Shown here: positions 27,842-36,486 of the stretch, piece after piece
Position numbering within the stretch: the stretch's first letter is position 1
How the letters are laid out: every line of letters begins with the position of its first letter
NCBI GenBank assembly: GCA_022013205.1
Contig: JAKLQT010000198.1
Span: 1-55,769 of the forward strand
Length of the DNA stretch: 55,769 bases
Direction: 5' to 3'
Source: Candidatus Omnitrophota bacterium
GTDB lineage: Bacteria; Omnitrophota; Gorgyraeia; B26-G9
Notes under the pieces: model-generated
Database searches by the model: none
Told to the model about the DNA's origin: nothing
The model's input: only the letters and a program-made list of their open reading frames with translations
Translations under genes and position numbers: made by a program

Positions 27842-28587
27842 ATAATTACGCGATTTCTCTTGTTGTTCCCGTGTTCAATGAACAGGAAATAATCGAGGAG
27901 ACGGTGAAAATATATTTAAACGATCTAGCCGGAATATTTGATGAATATGAGCTGATTGTAGTTGATGACGCAAGTACTGACTATACAAGAGAGATGCTTT
28001 ATGGATTAGAACGGTTGCATAAGGGAAAATTAAAAGTAATAATCAATGAGAAAAATCTGGGCAGCGGCCGCAGTCTGTTAAGAGGTATGCAATCGGCAAG
28101 ATTCCCCTATGTTGCGACTAATTTCGCCGATCGCCCGTTTGATATAAAGGAATTAAGAAACGTCATGATGCTTTTTGAAAAGGACATTGATTTTGTTGCT
28201 GTCTGCCGGCATGACCGCTCGGCAAATACAATTTACCGAAAATTAACCTCACTTGCAAACTATTATCTTATTAAGTTATTATTTGGTACTAAGATTAATG
28301 ATTTTCAATTTACGCAGGTTTATCGATTGAATATGCTGTATAATATAAAAGTTGATTCTATCGGTACATTTGTACCGCCTGAACTTATGATAAGGGCACT
28401 GGCCGGAGGCTGCCGCAACCTTGAATATAGAACGACTTTTTATGCCCGCGGCAAGGGAAAGGCAAAGTGCGGCCATCCCAGAGTGATTTGCAGGACTTTA
28501 TTCGACATGTTCAGTTTTTGGTTCAAATTTCACCTGGGGGTAAAGAGCAAATATTCAAATGAAAAAAAGAAAAAAAACTGGTTGTGA
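27826..28587 (+). CDS. GT2-family glycosyltransferase, Dpm1/ArnC-like (polyprenyl-phosphate sugar synthase type)
   Basis: ISLVVPVFNEQEIIEETV...YELIVVDDASTDYT...; short single-domain GT-A (253 aa). Confidence 0.75.
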   Translation: MAEKLNNYAISLVVPVFNEQEIIEETVKIYLNDLAGIFDEYELIVVDDASTDYTREMLYGLERLHKGKLKVIINEKNLGSGRSLLRGMQSARFPYVATNFADRPFDIKELRNVMMLFEKDIDFVAVCRHDRSANTIYRKLTSLANYYLIKLLFGTKINDFQFTQVYRLNMLYNIKVDSIGTFVPPELMIRALAGGCRNLEYRTTFYARGKGKAKCGHPRVICRTLFDMFSFWFKFHLGVKSKYSNEKKKKNWL

Positions 28588-29801
28588 TGAAAGTGTATTC
28601 TAATGCAAAACCGGTAATTGCCGGAGGCAGGCCTGTGCGCAAAAAGCTTCTTGATTTTCACAGGCCGCAAACAGGACATGATGAACTTAAGGCGGTTGGC
28701 GCTGTATTAAAATCCGGCTGGCTGACCAAAGGTCCAAAGACAAAAGAGTTTGAAAAAAAAATTGCCGCCTTTGTAAAAGGAAAATATGCCATAGGGCTTA
28801 ACTCCTGCAGCAGCGCGCTGGATCTTGCTTTAAAAGTACTTTCGATTGGAGAGGGCAGCGAGGTTATTACAACACCGCTGAGTTTTGCCGCAACAGCCAA
28901 CGCGATTGTTCACTGCGGTGCCAGGCCGGTATTTGTTGATGTAGACCCTTTGACCTTAAACATTGATCCGGCAAAGATTGAAAAAGCCATAACCAGGAAA
29001 ACTAAATGTATTCTGCCGGTACATCTATACGGCCAGCCTTGTGAGATGAATAGTATCCTGAGGCTTGCGCGCGGAAGAAATATTTTTGTTGTGGCAGACG
29101 CTGCGCATGCTTTGGAAACTGTATACCAAAACAAGAAAATGGGTGGGCTTTCTGATATCACTTGTTTCAGTTTTCACCCCGGCAAGAACATTACCTGTGC
29201 GGAAGGTGGTATGCTTGTAACAAACAAAAAAACTATAGCTCATAGAGCGCTGATCATGAGTTTTCACGGGATAGAAAAGGATGCATGGAAAAGGCATCAT
29301 AAAGGTAAAATTGGGGATTTTACTTTGATTGAGGCCGGTTATAAATATAATATGAGTGATGTGCAGGCAGCGATTGGCCTTTGCCAGCTCAAAAAAATCA
29401 AATCTTTTTTGCGTAAACGCCGTGATTATAGCCGGTTGTATAATAAGGCGTTTTCAAAATTACCCCAGGTACGTGTAATAACAAAAAACTCTGCTGCTGG
29501 TAATGAGAATGGATACCATATGTTCGTGATAGAAGTAATAATAGAGAGTTTAAAAATTGACAGGGATGTTTTTCTAAAAGCGCTTATCGCTGAAAATATA
29601 ACAGCTGGTATGCATTACCCCTGCCTGCATCTTCAGCCTTACTACAAAAATAACTTCGGTTACCGCAGGGGAATGCTGCCCCATGCCGAGTATGCCTCAG
29701 GCCGGCTGATCTCATTGCCTCTTTATCCGAAAATGACACGCTCAGATGTTGAATCTGTAATCAGTGCGGTATTTAAGATCGCCAATTTTTATAAAAGATA
29801 A
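28584..29801 (+). CDS. DegT/ArnB/WecE-type PLP-dependent sugar aminotransferase
   Basis: GHDELKAVGAVLKSGWLTKGPKTKEFEKKIA...NSCSSALDLAL...GSEVITTPLSFAATANAI...; lysine context FSFHPGKNITCAEGGMLVT; MSDVQAAIG. Confidence 0.85.
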   Translation: MMKVYSNAKPVIAGGRPVRKKLLDFHRPQTGHDELKAVGAVLKSGWLTKGPKTKEFEKKIAAFVKGKYAIGLNSCSSALDLALKVLSIGEGSEVITTPLSFAATANAIVHCGARPVFVDVDPLTLNIDPAKIEKAITRKTKCILPVHLYGQPCEMNSILRLARGRNIFVVADAAHALETVYQNKKMGGLSDITCFSFHPGKNITCAEGGMLVTNKKTIAHRALIMSFHGIEKDAWKRHHKGKIGDFTLIEAGYKYNMSDVQAAIGLCQLKKIKSFLRKRRDYSRLYNKAFSKLPQVRVITKNSAAGNENGYHMFVIEVIIESLKIDRDVFLKALIAENITAGMHYPCLHLQPYYKNNFGYRRGMLPHAEYASGRLISLPLYPKMTRSDVESVISAVFKIANFYKR

Positions 29802-29820
29802 TAGGAGTGATCGGGTAATT

Positions 29821-30777
29821 ATGGGTGCATCAATTGCGGTATTAATTACTACCACAGAAAAAAATAAAAAATATCTTGAGCGGCTGATGTCCTCTATCTG
29901 CTGTCAAAGTATCCGGGTTGAAAAGGTTATTATTGTTTATGACGGTAAATTAAGGCCGGACAAGAGGGTGTTTGAGCAATGCCCTTTGCCTGCAACCTGG
30001 ATTGACAATAGTAAAGGGCAGGCGCTTACTTTTCTGCAGAACAAGGCAATCGAATCAAGCTCTGAGGATTTCATCCTGCTTTTAAATGATGATGTTTTGC
30101 TGGAAAATTCTTTTGTTGAAGAAATGATGCTTGCTTCAAAACGCGATGAATTAATCGCGATGGTTTGCCCTAAACTGCTGCGAATGGACAGGAAAACAAT
30201 TGATACTGCCGGCCAGCTGCTTGGCAAAAATAGAAGGCCTATTGAGCGGGGATTCAATATGCCGGATGTTGGACAATACAATCAGGCAGATTTTGTTTTC
30301 GGTGCCTGCGGGGCGGCGGTATTATTAAGGAGAAAAATGCTGGATGATTGCGCTATAACCCGAGGTGAGTTTTTCGATAACGATTATAATATGTTTTATG
30401 AGGATTTAGACCTTTCCTGGCGTGCGGCTAACCGCGGCTGGAAGGCGTATTATAATCCTAAAGCCGTAGCTTATCATACGCGGGGGGCAACGGCCAAAGA
30501 AAAGAAGCCTGTTTTTGAATTTCTTCTGCCGTATAATTTTGTCTGGCTGAGTACAGCTTTAAAAAGTGACCTGATAAAGAACAGGCTGATGACGATAATT
30601 AAAAATGACCGGCCGGTAAGTTTTCTTGCTAATCTAATACATATTATTGCCTATGAATTGAAATTGTTTTTTTATTGTTTAATTTTTGACCCGATGGTAA
30701 TCTTTCAGACGGTTAAAAACCTGCCGGTTATATTCCGGGCCTTTAAAAAGAGAAGGATCATAAAAAGAGCGAAATGA
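29821..30777 (+). CDS. GT2-family glycosyltransferase (rhamnosyltransferase-like)
   Basis: ATG at 29821 preceded by AGGAG (29803-29807); the ORF track start at 29764 overlaps the upstream gene. IAVLITT...; LLLNDDVLL; FGACGAAVLLRR; MFYEDLDLSWRAANRGWKAYYNPKAVAYH. Confidence 0.8.
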   Translation: MGASIAVLITTTEKNKKYLERLMSSICCQSIRVEKVIIVYDGKLRPDKRVFEQCPLPATWIDNSKGQALTFLQNKAIESSSEDFILLLNDDVLLENSFVEEMMLASKRDELIAMVCPKLLRMDRKTIDTAGQLLGKNRRPIERGFNMPDVGQYNQADFVFGACGAAVLLRRKMLDDCAITRGEFFDNDYNMFYEDLDLSWRAANRGWKAYYNPKAVAYHTRGATAKEKKPVFEFLLPYNFVWLSTALKSDLIKNRLMTIIKNDRPVSFLANLIHIIAYELKLFFYCLIFDPMVIFQTVKNLPVIFRAFKKRRIIKRAK

Positions 30778-32441
30778 GTTACATAATAATAGTGCTTTTA
30801 GGTTTAAGGCCGTTCATTTGTGAACAGGCAAATGCCTCTCTTGCAATTTTGTTCGATATTTTTTTTCTGAGTTTTTTTCTTTTGTATATCCTGCTCATTA
30901 AGAATTTTCAGATAAAGAAACCTGTCTTTTTTCTGAGCCTGATCTTCCCATTTTTTATAATGTTAAGTAATTTCTTTTCAGTAAATTCCTATAACAGCGA
31001 GGCGGAACTTTTAAGGGTTTTCGTGCTTGTTTTAATTTTTAACTTTGTCTACTTTCAAAATAAGAAGCAAAGAAATGTTTTGATCGCGGGAATGCTCAGC
31101 ATCAGCGCGATTATTTGCCTGCGGGCCTTATACCAGTATTTCAGCGGGATCGATTTCATCAGGAACAGCCAAACATTTGATCAGTTGACAAAAAACGGTT
31201 TTTACGCCTGGGAACTGCTTTTGCAAAAAAGGGTTGTTTCCTGGTTTGCCTCGCCTAATATCCTGGGCGGGTACCTGATTGCTTTTTGTCCGCTAGCCTG
31301 CGTGTATTTATTTAAAAGTATCGGTGAGAAAAATAAAAAGGCAACAGTGCTGTTTTCTTTCTTATGCCTGGCCTTATTTTTGAGTGTTTTGCTCACAAAA
31401 ACAATTTCCGTATTCTTAAGCTTTATTCTAAGCATGATCTTTCTCTTTACTCTTTTATCGCGGGGGAAAAAAACAGGAGAGATGAACAAAGCCGCAGGGA
31501 TAATTTTAACGGTTTTCTTTGTTTGTTTATTAGGTTTATTTTTAAAACGCGGAGACTCGTTCTTTGATTTTAAAAACCCACAAAATTCATTCTCTCAGAG
31601 GGTATATTACTGGCAGAGCGGACTGAAAATGATCAGTGAACACCCTGTGGCGGGAATCGGCGCGGGTAATTTTAGGACGGTATACCCGCGCTTTAAAAAC
31701 GCCAATGCCAATGAGACGATTTACACGCATAATTCTTACATCCAAATATGGGCTGAGTCTGGATTTGCTGCATTGGCTTTTTTTCTCTTGTTTGTTTTTA
31801 TTGTTTTTAGATCAGCTTTAAAAAGAAGGCCTGAGCCGATAGATGCCGGAATAATTGCCGGATGCTTTGCGGTGTTGCTGCATAACTTCACAGATTACAG
31901 TTTATTTGTCAATCAATCCGGGCATATATGGTGGATTCTTCTTGGATGTGTTCTATCAGGCAGTGAACATGATTTGAAAATAATAGAAAGATCTACCCGG
32001 CAGTCATTATTTTTAAGAATGAGTTATCTAATATTTTCCATTTTTTTGCTGTTTAATGCTTTTTTATTTTACCAGAGCGAGCGCAGCATCAAAGAATCTG
32101 TTATGTTTTTTAAAAACAGGCAATTCAATAGTTCAATTATTTCTGCTTATAAGGCCCTGCGCTGCAAACCTAATAATGATCTTGCTTATTATATCCTGGC
32201 GCGTAATTTTCGCGTGATTGAAGTGGGTAAGCTTTCCCCTAAGGCCTTGAATAACTACAAGCAGGCAATATCTTTAAACAAAAATTATGCTTTTTACTAT
32301 TTTGAACTGGCGGAATATTTTTTCTCTCACAATAAAATTGATAGTGCCAGGAGATTTATCCGGCTGGCTATCAAATTCTATCCCCAAAATTCCAAATTTC
32401 AGGCTTTAAATTCAAGTATTAATAAGCTCAAATCCAAGTGA
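30774..32441 (+). CDS. O-antigen ligase/polymerase-like (Wzy_C-type) membrane protein with C-terminal TPR-like repeats
   Basis: Polytopic. Signature loop HPVAGIGAGNF......YTHNSYIQIWAESGFAALAFFL. C-terminal soluble region has TPR-like AYYILARNF / ALNNYKQAISLN / AFYYFELAEYFF repeats. Confidence 0.75.
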   Translation: MSYIIIVLLGLRPFICEQANASLAILFDIFFLSFFLLYILLIKNFQIKKPVFFLSLIFPFFIMLSNFFSVNSYNSEAELLRVFVLVLIFNFVYFQNKKQRNVLIAGMLSISAIICLRALYQYFSGIDFIRNSQTFDQLTKNGFYAWELLLQKRVVSWFASPNILGGYLIAFCPLACVYLFKSIGEKNKKATVLFSFLCLALFLSVLLTKTISVFLSFILSMIFLFTLLSRGKKTGEMNKAAGIILTVFFVCLLGLFLKRGDSFFDFKNPQNSFSQRVYYWQSGLKMISEHPVAGIGAGNFRTVYPRFKNANANETIYTHNSYIQIWAESGFAALAFFLLFVFIVFRSALKRRPEPIDAGIIAGCFAVLLHNFTDYSLFVNQSGHIWWILLGCVLSGSEHDLKIIERSTRQSLFLRMSYLIFSIFLLFNAFLFYQSERSIKESVMFFKNRQFNSSIISAYKALRCKPNNDLAYYILARNFRVIEVGKLSPKALNNYKQAISLNKNYAFYYFELAEYFFSHNKIDSARRFIRLAIKFYPQNSKFQALNSSINKLKSK

Positions 32442-32469
32442 TTAATGTGGCCGCATTATCTTGTGTGGT

Positions 32470-32655
32470 GCATTCTTATCGTCTTCATGCGAAACAGATG
32501 AAGAGAATCTGTTTCGGCGGCTTTAATCAGCTTATTTTACATGCCTGCCCCGTCGATTCATAGGCGTGGGGATGTTAAAATAAGCTGATTCCCTCGGAGA
32601 CTGACAGCCAGCCTCGACTAGCTCAGCTAGGCGGGGACTGTCAGTCGAGAATGCC
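32470..32655 (+). repeat. Multi-hairpin structured element (copy 1, + orientation); candidate ncRNA or MITE-like repeat
   Basis: Hairpin 1: 32490-32499 (cgaaacagat) pairs with 32507-32516 (atctgtttcg). Hairpin 2: 32525-32542 (aatcagcttattttacat) pairs with 32572-32590 (atgttaaaataagctgatt). Hairpin 3: 32593-32607 (ctcggagactgacag) pairs with 32638-32649 (ctgtcagtcgag). Homologous to the reverse complement of 39665-39800. Confidence 0.55.
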
Positions 32656-32797
32656 TGTGCCCCGAAACATATAGTTTATTGTGTAGGGGTAAGCTAAAAT
32701 AGATTCTCTTTAGCTCTTTGAAATACTACTCGATATCTTTTGAACATAATCCCTCCCCCCGTTCACTCACCGATTAAAAAAAAGTTAATTTTTTGTG

Positions 32798-32826
32798 TTG
32801 ACATATTGTTTTAAATAAAGTATATT
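32798..32826 (+). promoter_or_regulatory. Sigma70-type promoter of the dcw cluster (Pmra-like)
   Basis: TTGACA at 32798-32803, 17-nt spacer, TATATT at 32821-32826, located 36 nt upstream of the mraZ ATG. Confidence 0.6.
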
Positions 32827-32830
32827 TAAT

Positions 32831-32858
32831 ATGTGGTTAAAAGTGGAGGAAAGTGGGG
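32831..32858 (+). promoter_or_regulatory. Three direct GTGG repeats at 10-bp phasing: putative MraZ operator
   Basis: atGTGGttaaaaGTGGaggaaaGTGGgg, with GTGG at 32833, 32843 and 32853. The repeats lie between the -10 box and the mraZ start, as in known MraZ-box arrangements (phased direct repeats downstream of Pmra). Confidence 0.55.
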
Positions 32859-32861
32859 CTA

Positions 32862-33302
32862 ATGTTTTACGGTGAGTTTGAACATTCTTTAGATCGAAAA
32901 AACCGCGTTATAATTCCGGCAAAATTCAGGGAAGCACTTAAAGATAGTTTTGTGGAAAAGTTCTATATAACCAGAGGCCTTGACGGATGCTTGTTTATAT
33001 TCACAGAAGAAGAGTGGAAGAAACAGGAATTAAAATTTAAGACGCTGTCTTTCACAAAACCGGATGCAAGAAAATTTAACCGCATGTTTTTTTCCGGCGC
33101 CAGCGAAATCGTTTGTGATAGCCAGGGCCGGGTTTTAATACCGCAGTATTTGAGAGCATTTGCCGATATTCAAAAGGATGTCGTAATTATCGGTGTTTCT
33201 AACCGGATCGAAGTTTGGAGTAAAACCCGCTGGAAGGATTTTTATGAAAATACTAGAGAGACCTATGAAGATACTGCCGAAAAACTCATGGGTCTGGACT
33301 GA
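32862..33302 (+). CDS. mraZ: Transcriptional regulator MraZ
   Basis: MFYGEFEHSLDRKNRVIIPAKFR... plus a second SpoVT/AbrB-like repeat (DSQGRVLIPQYLR). ATG at 32862 is preferred over GTG at 32853, with GGAGG at 32846-32850. Confidence 0.9.
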   Translation: MFYGEFEHSLDRKNRVIIPAKFREALKDSFVEKFYITRGLDGCLFIFTEEEWKKQELKFKTLSFTKPDARKFNRMFFSGASEIVCDSQGRVLIPQYLRAFADIQKDVVIIGVSNRIEVWSKTRWKDFYENTRETYEDTAEKLMGLD

Positions 33303-33312
33303 AGAAGAGGAA

Positions 33313-34200
33313 ATGGGCCGGCACACCCCTGTGATGTATAGTGAGGTTTTGTCGTACTTGAGGCTTTTGCCAGGGATGGTGATTGTTGATTGTACTTTGG
33401 GGGAAGGGGGGCATAGTGAAGGCATATTGAGAAAGATTACGCCAGGCGGTCATCTCATCGGCATAGATCAGGATGATGATGCCCTGAGCGCTACCCGCCT
33501 GCGTCTTTCTCGACATGAGGGTTCTTTTACGCTAATCAGAGATAATTTTCAAAATATCACGGACGTGCTAGCTGAACTAGAGATTAACGCCATGGACGGC
33601 GTTGTTTTTGATCTTGGTGTTTCCAATATGCAGCTTGTAACTCCTGAGCGCGGTTTTAGCTTCCAGTTCGAAGGCCCGCTTAATATGCGCATGGATAAGC
33701 ATGCCCAGATAACTGCTTTTGATCTGGTTAATAACCTGTCTGAAGAAGAAATAGCTAATGTTATTTATACCTTTGGGCAGGAAAGATACAGCCGCCGGAT
33801 TGCGTCAAGAATTATAACGGAGCGCTCCCGCCATGTAATAACTACCACTAAGCAGCTGGCGGATATAGTTGTGGACTCTTTGCCGGTTAAAGAGAGATAT
33901 AAAAAAATACACCCTGCTACAAGAACGTTTATGGCCCTTAGAATCGCTGTGAACAGGGAACTGGAAGTTCTCCAATCAGGCCTTACACAGGCAATTGAAC
34001 TGCTTAAGCCGGGTGGAATAATCTGTGTGATTTCTTTTCATTCTCTTGAGGACCGTATCGTAAAATATGAATTTAAAAACCAGGCCGGAAAAGGCCGTTT
34101 AAAAATAATTACAAAAAAACCTCTTGTCCCTACGCATGAGGAGATTGAAAATAATCGTAAGAGCCGCAGCGCAAAACTCAGAGTTGCTGAGAAATTATAG
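33313..34200 (+). CDS. rsmH: 16S rRNA (cytosine1402-N4)-methyltransferase RsmH (MraW)
   Basis: MGRHTPVMYSEVLSYL...DCTLGEGGHSEGIL...GIDQD...VFDLGVS..Q...ERGFSF...SFHSLEDRIVK. The ORF-track start at 33193 overlaps mraZ; the ATG at 33313 fits the family N-terminus. Confidence 0.9.
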   Translation: MGRHTPVMYSEVLSYLRLLPGMVIVDCTLGEGGHSEGILRKITPGGHLIGIDQDDDALSATRLRLSRHEGSFTLIRDNFQNITDVLAELEINAMDGVVFDLGVSNMQLVTPERGFSFQFEGPLNMRMDKHAQITAFDLVNNLSEEEIANVIYTFGQERYSRRIASRIITERSRHVITTTKQLADIVVDSLPVKERYKKIHPATRTFMALRIAVNRELEVLQSGLTQAIELLKPGGIICVISFHSLEDRIVKYEFKNQAGKGRLKIITKKPLVPTHEEIENNRKSRSAKLRVAEKL

Positions 34201-34216
34201 CCTTTTGTGCTTTAAA

Positions 34217-34338
34217 GGGACTGTTGCAAAATGTGCAGAAATAAGGCTTTTGTGAACGAGCGCGGAGGCGTATATAGATATACGCCGCACAAGCGAGTGA
34301 GCAAGTAACGCAGTTGATGTGCGTTTTGCAACAGTTCC
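34217..34338 (+). repeat. About 122-nt imperfect palindrome (long hairpin) between rsmH and ftsL
   Basis: Outer stem 34217-34231 (gggactgttgcaaaa) pairs with 34324-34338 (ttttgcaacagttcc), 15 bp with one G-U. Central hairpin ggcgtatat/atatacgcc at 34267-34286. Further pairing ttgtg/cacaa. Confidence 0.55.
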
Positions 34339-34357
34339 TTAATTTAAGGATGGATAG

Positions 34358-34732
34358 ATGAGACTAAAAAACATACTAGTTTTGGCCGTGATAACTACCT
34401 GTATTTGTTTGGGATATGTTAAACAGCAGGTTGAGGTCGTAAAACTTAGTTATTCCTTAATGAATAAGGAAAAAAGACTCTGCGATTTGATTGACTATAA
34501 TCGAATTTTATTATATAATAACAGCAGCTTGAAGGCTCCTCAATATTTAACCGGAATGATTGAACAAAATGAATTAAAACTCTCTTTGCCTGATACGGCT
34601 TCTGTGGCAAAAGTAAGGGTAAAAAGAGGAAAACCGGTTCAATTGGCAAAGTCAACTGCTTCAAGCTGGAAAACACGTCTGCTGGATGTATTTGTTCCTA
34701 AAGCCCAAGCGGCACCTGATCTAAGCAGATAG
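34358..34732 (+). CDS. ftsL: Cell division protein FtsL-like (small bitopic protein)
   Basis: Sits between rsmH and ftsI. 124 aa with one N-terminal TM (ILVLAVITTCICLGYV) followed by a coiled-coil-like stretch. The assignment rests on synteny and topology. Confidence 0.65.
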   Translation: MRLKNILVLAVITTCICLGYVKQQVEVVKLSYSLMNKEKRLCDLIDYNRILLYNNSSLKAPQYLTGMIEQNELKLSLPDTASVAKVRVKRGKPVQLAKSTASSWKTRLLDVFVPKAQAAPDLSR

Positions 34733-34794
34733 ATTTTTCCCGTCTTTAACTAACTATACCAAAAACATTAATTAAAAAAGGATTTTTTCTTGCC

Positions 34795-36486
34795 GTGTAT
34801 AAAAGGGCGCAAAAGGTTCGCCTTGCTATAGTTTATTTATCTTACCTTATTCTTCTTCTGATTATTTTATTCCATTTGTTTAATATTCAGGTTTTAAACA
34901 ATCATAATTATATAAAACTTGCTGACTCGCAGCATCATCTGACTTTAAAACTTTATCCGCAGCGGGGTTTGATCTACGACCGCAACCATAAGGTGTTGGC
35001 ACTGAGTTTAAAAGTTCCTTCCGTGTATGCGGTGCCGCGGGCAATTGTAAATAAGGAAGAGGTTGCAGATGCGCTTTCTTCTGTACTTAGCCTTGATTAC
35101 GATAGTGTGCTGGAAAAACTCAAAAGGGATAAGTCTTTTATATGGATAAAAAGAAGAGTTAGTGACCAGGAAGCGGAAAATATAAAGGCTTTGAAGCTTT
35201 TTGGAGTTGAGATTACCAAAGAAAGTAAAAGATATTACCCGAATAACGGCTTAGCAGCGCATATTTTAGGTTTTGCCGGCATGGATGAGTTGGGCTTAGA
35301 CGGAGTGGAGCTCAAATATAACAGTTATTTAAAAGGCGAACCGGGAAAACGCTCATTATTGCGCGATGCCAAGCAGAGGATGCTCCCTGCCTTTGAATAT
35401 GAGTACATTCCGGCTGTTAATGGATATAACCTCGTGCTTACTATTGATGAGGTTATACAGCATATTGTTGAGCAGACTCTAGACAGGAACATGGAAAAAA
35501 ATAAGGCGCTTGCCGCGAGCGTTGTGGTCATGAACCCGCAAAACGGAGAAATTTACGCGCTTGCCAGCAGGCCGGGTTATGATCTGAATAATTTTGCCAA
35601 GGCAAATGCCGCCTCCCGCCGAAATAGAACAATAAGCGATTATTTTGAACCGGGTTCAACTTTTAAGGTGATCACGGCAAGCGCAGCCTTGGAAGAGAAT
35701 ATCGTAAAAACAGATGACATGTTTTTTTGCGAAAACGGCGCTTATAGTATCTCCCGGCATATTCTGCATGACCATCGCCCGCATGGCAACCTGACCTTTG
35801 TGGAAGTTATAGAAAAATCAAGCAATATTGGTACAGTGAAAATTGCCCAGAAGATGGGCGGGAAAATATTAAATAAATATGTAAAAAAATTCGGCTTCGG
35901 ACAAAAAACAGGCATTGATCTGCCCGGGGAAACACAAGGGTTCCTGCGCCCGCTTGAAAACTGGTCTAAGCTTTCTATCGCGGCAATACCTATCGGACAG
36001 GAGATCGGGGTGAGCGCTATTCAGATGGCAAGAGCAATGTCGGCTGTGGTAAACGGGGGATACACAGTTAACCCGTATATTGTCAGTGAGATCATTGATA
36101 ATAATAATGAAATCATCAAAAGTTTTAAGAATGAGAAGCAAGGGAGTGTAATTAGCGAAAAAACTTCAGCTACCATGAGAGAAATTTTAAAAGGAGTGGT
36201 GGAAAACGGAACAGGACGCGCGGCGAAAATAAAAGACTATGAGGCCGGGGGAAAAACAGGTACAGCGCAAAAAATCGATTCTTCAGGGAAGTATTCACAA
36301 GAGAATTATGTTGCCTCATTTATCGGCTTTACACCGGTTGAAGATCCGCAGTTTGTTATTGCCGTAGTTTTTGACGAACCGCGCCCTTTTTACTATGGGG
36401 GTACGGTAAGTGCTCCCGTGTTTAAGGAAATAGCCGAAAAAATCCTCAAATACATGAATGTACCTAAAACAAAAAAGGATTATTAA
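34795..36486 (+). CDS. ftsI: Penicillin-binding protein 3-type transpeptidase FtsI
   Basis: N-terminal TM and PBP dimerisation region. Transpeptidase motifs STFK (GSTFKVITA), SSN (EKSSNIG) and KTGT (GGKTGTAQK). GTG start. Confidence 0.9.
   Translation: MYKRAQKVRLAIVYLSYLILLLIILFHLFNIQVLNNHNYIKLADSQHHLTLKLYPQRGLIYDRNHKVLALSLKVPSVYAVPRAIVNKEEVADALSSVLSLDYDSVLEKLKRDKSFIWIKRRVSDQEAENIKALKLFGVEITKESKRYYPNNGLAAHILGFAGMDELGLDGVELKYNSYLKGEPGKRSLLRDAKQRMLPAFEYEYIPAVNGYNLVLTIDEVIQHIVEQTLDRNMEKNKALAASVVVMNPQNGEIYALASRPGYDLNNFAKANAASRRNRTISDYFEPGSTFKVITASAALEENIVKTDDMFFCENGAYSISRHILHDHRPHGNLTFVEVIEKSSNIGTVKIAQKMGGKILNKYVKKFGFGQKTGIDLPGETQGFLRPLENWSKLSIAAIPIGQEIGVSAIQMARAMSAVVNGGYTVNPYIVSEIIDNNNEIIKSFKNEKQGSVISEKTSATMREILKGVVENGTGRAAKIKDYEAGGKTGTAQKIDSSGKYSQENYVASFIGFTPVEDPQFVIAVVFDEPRPFYYGGTVSAPVFKEIAEKILKYMNVPKTKKDY

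Noticed and set aside
32470-32655. Assignment of the structured element to a known RNA class (RNase P, tmRNA, SRP/4.5S, 6S, cobalamin or other riboswitch, group II intron domain V)
   Set aside because: None of the signature sequences I know for these classes (e.g. the RNase P P4 GAGGAAAGUCC, the B12 box, the SRP GGAA/AGCA motif) is present. I left it as an unclassified structured repeat.
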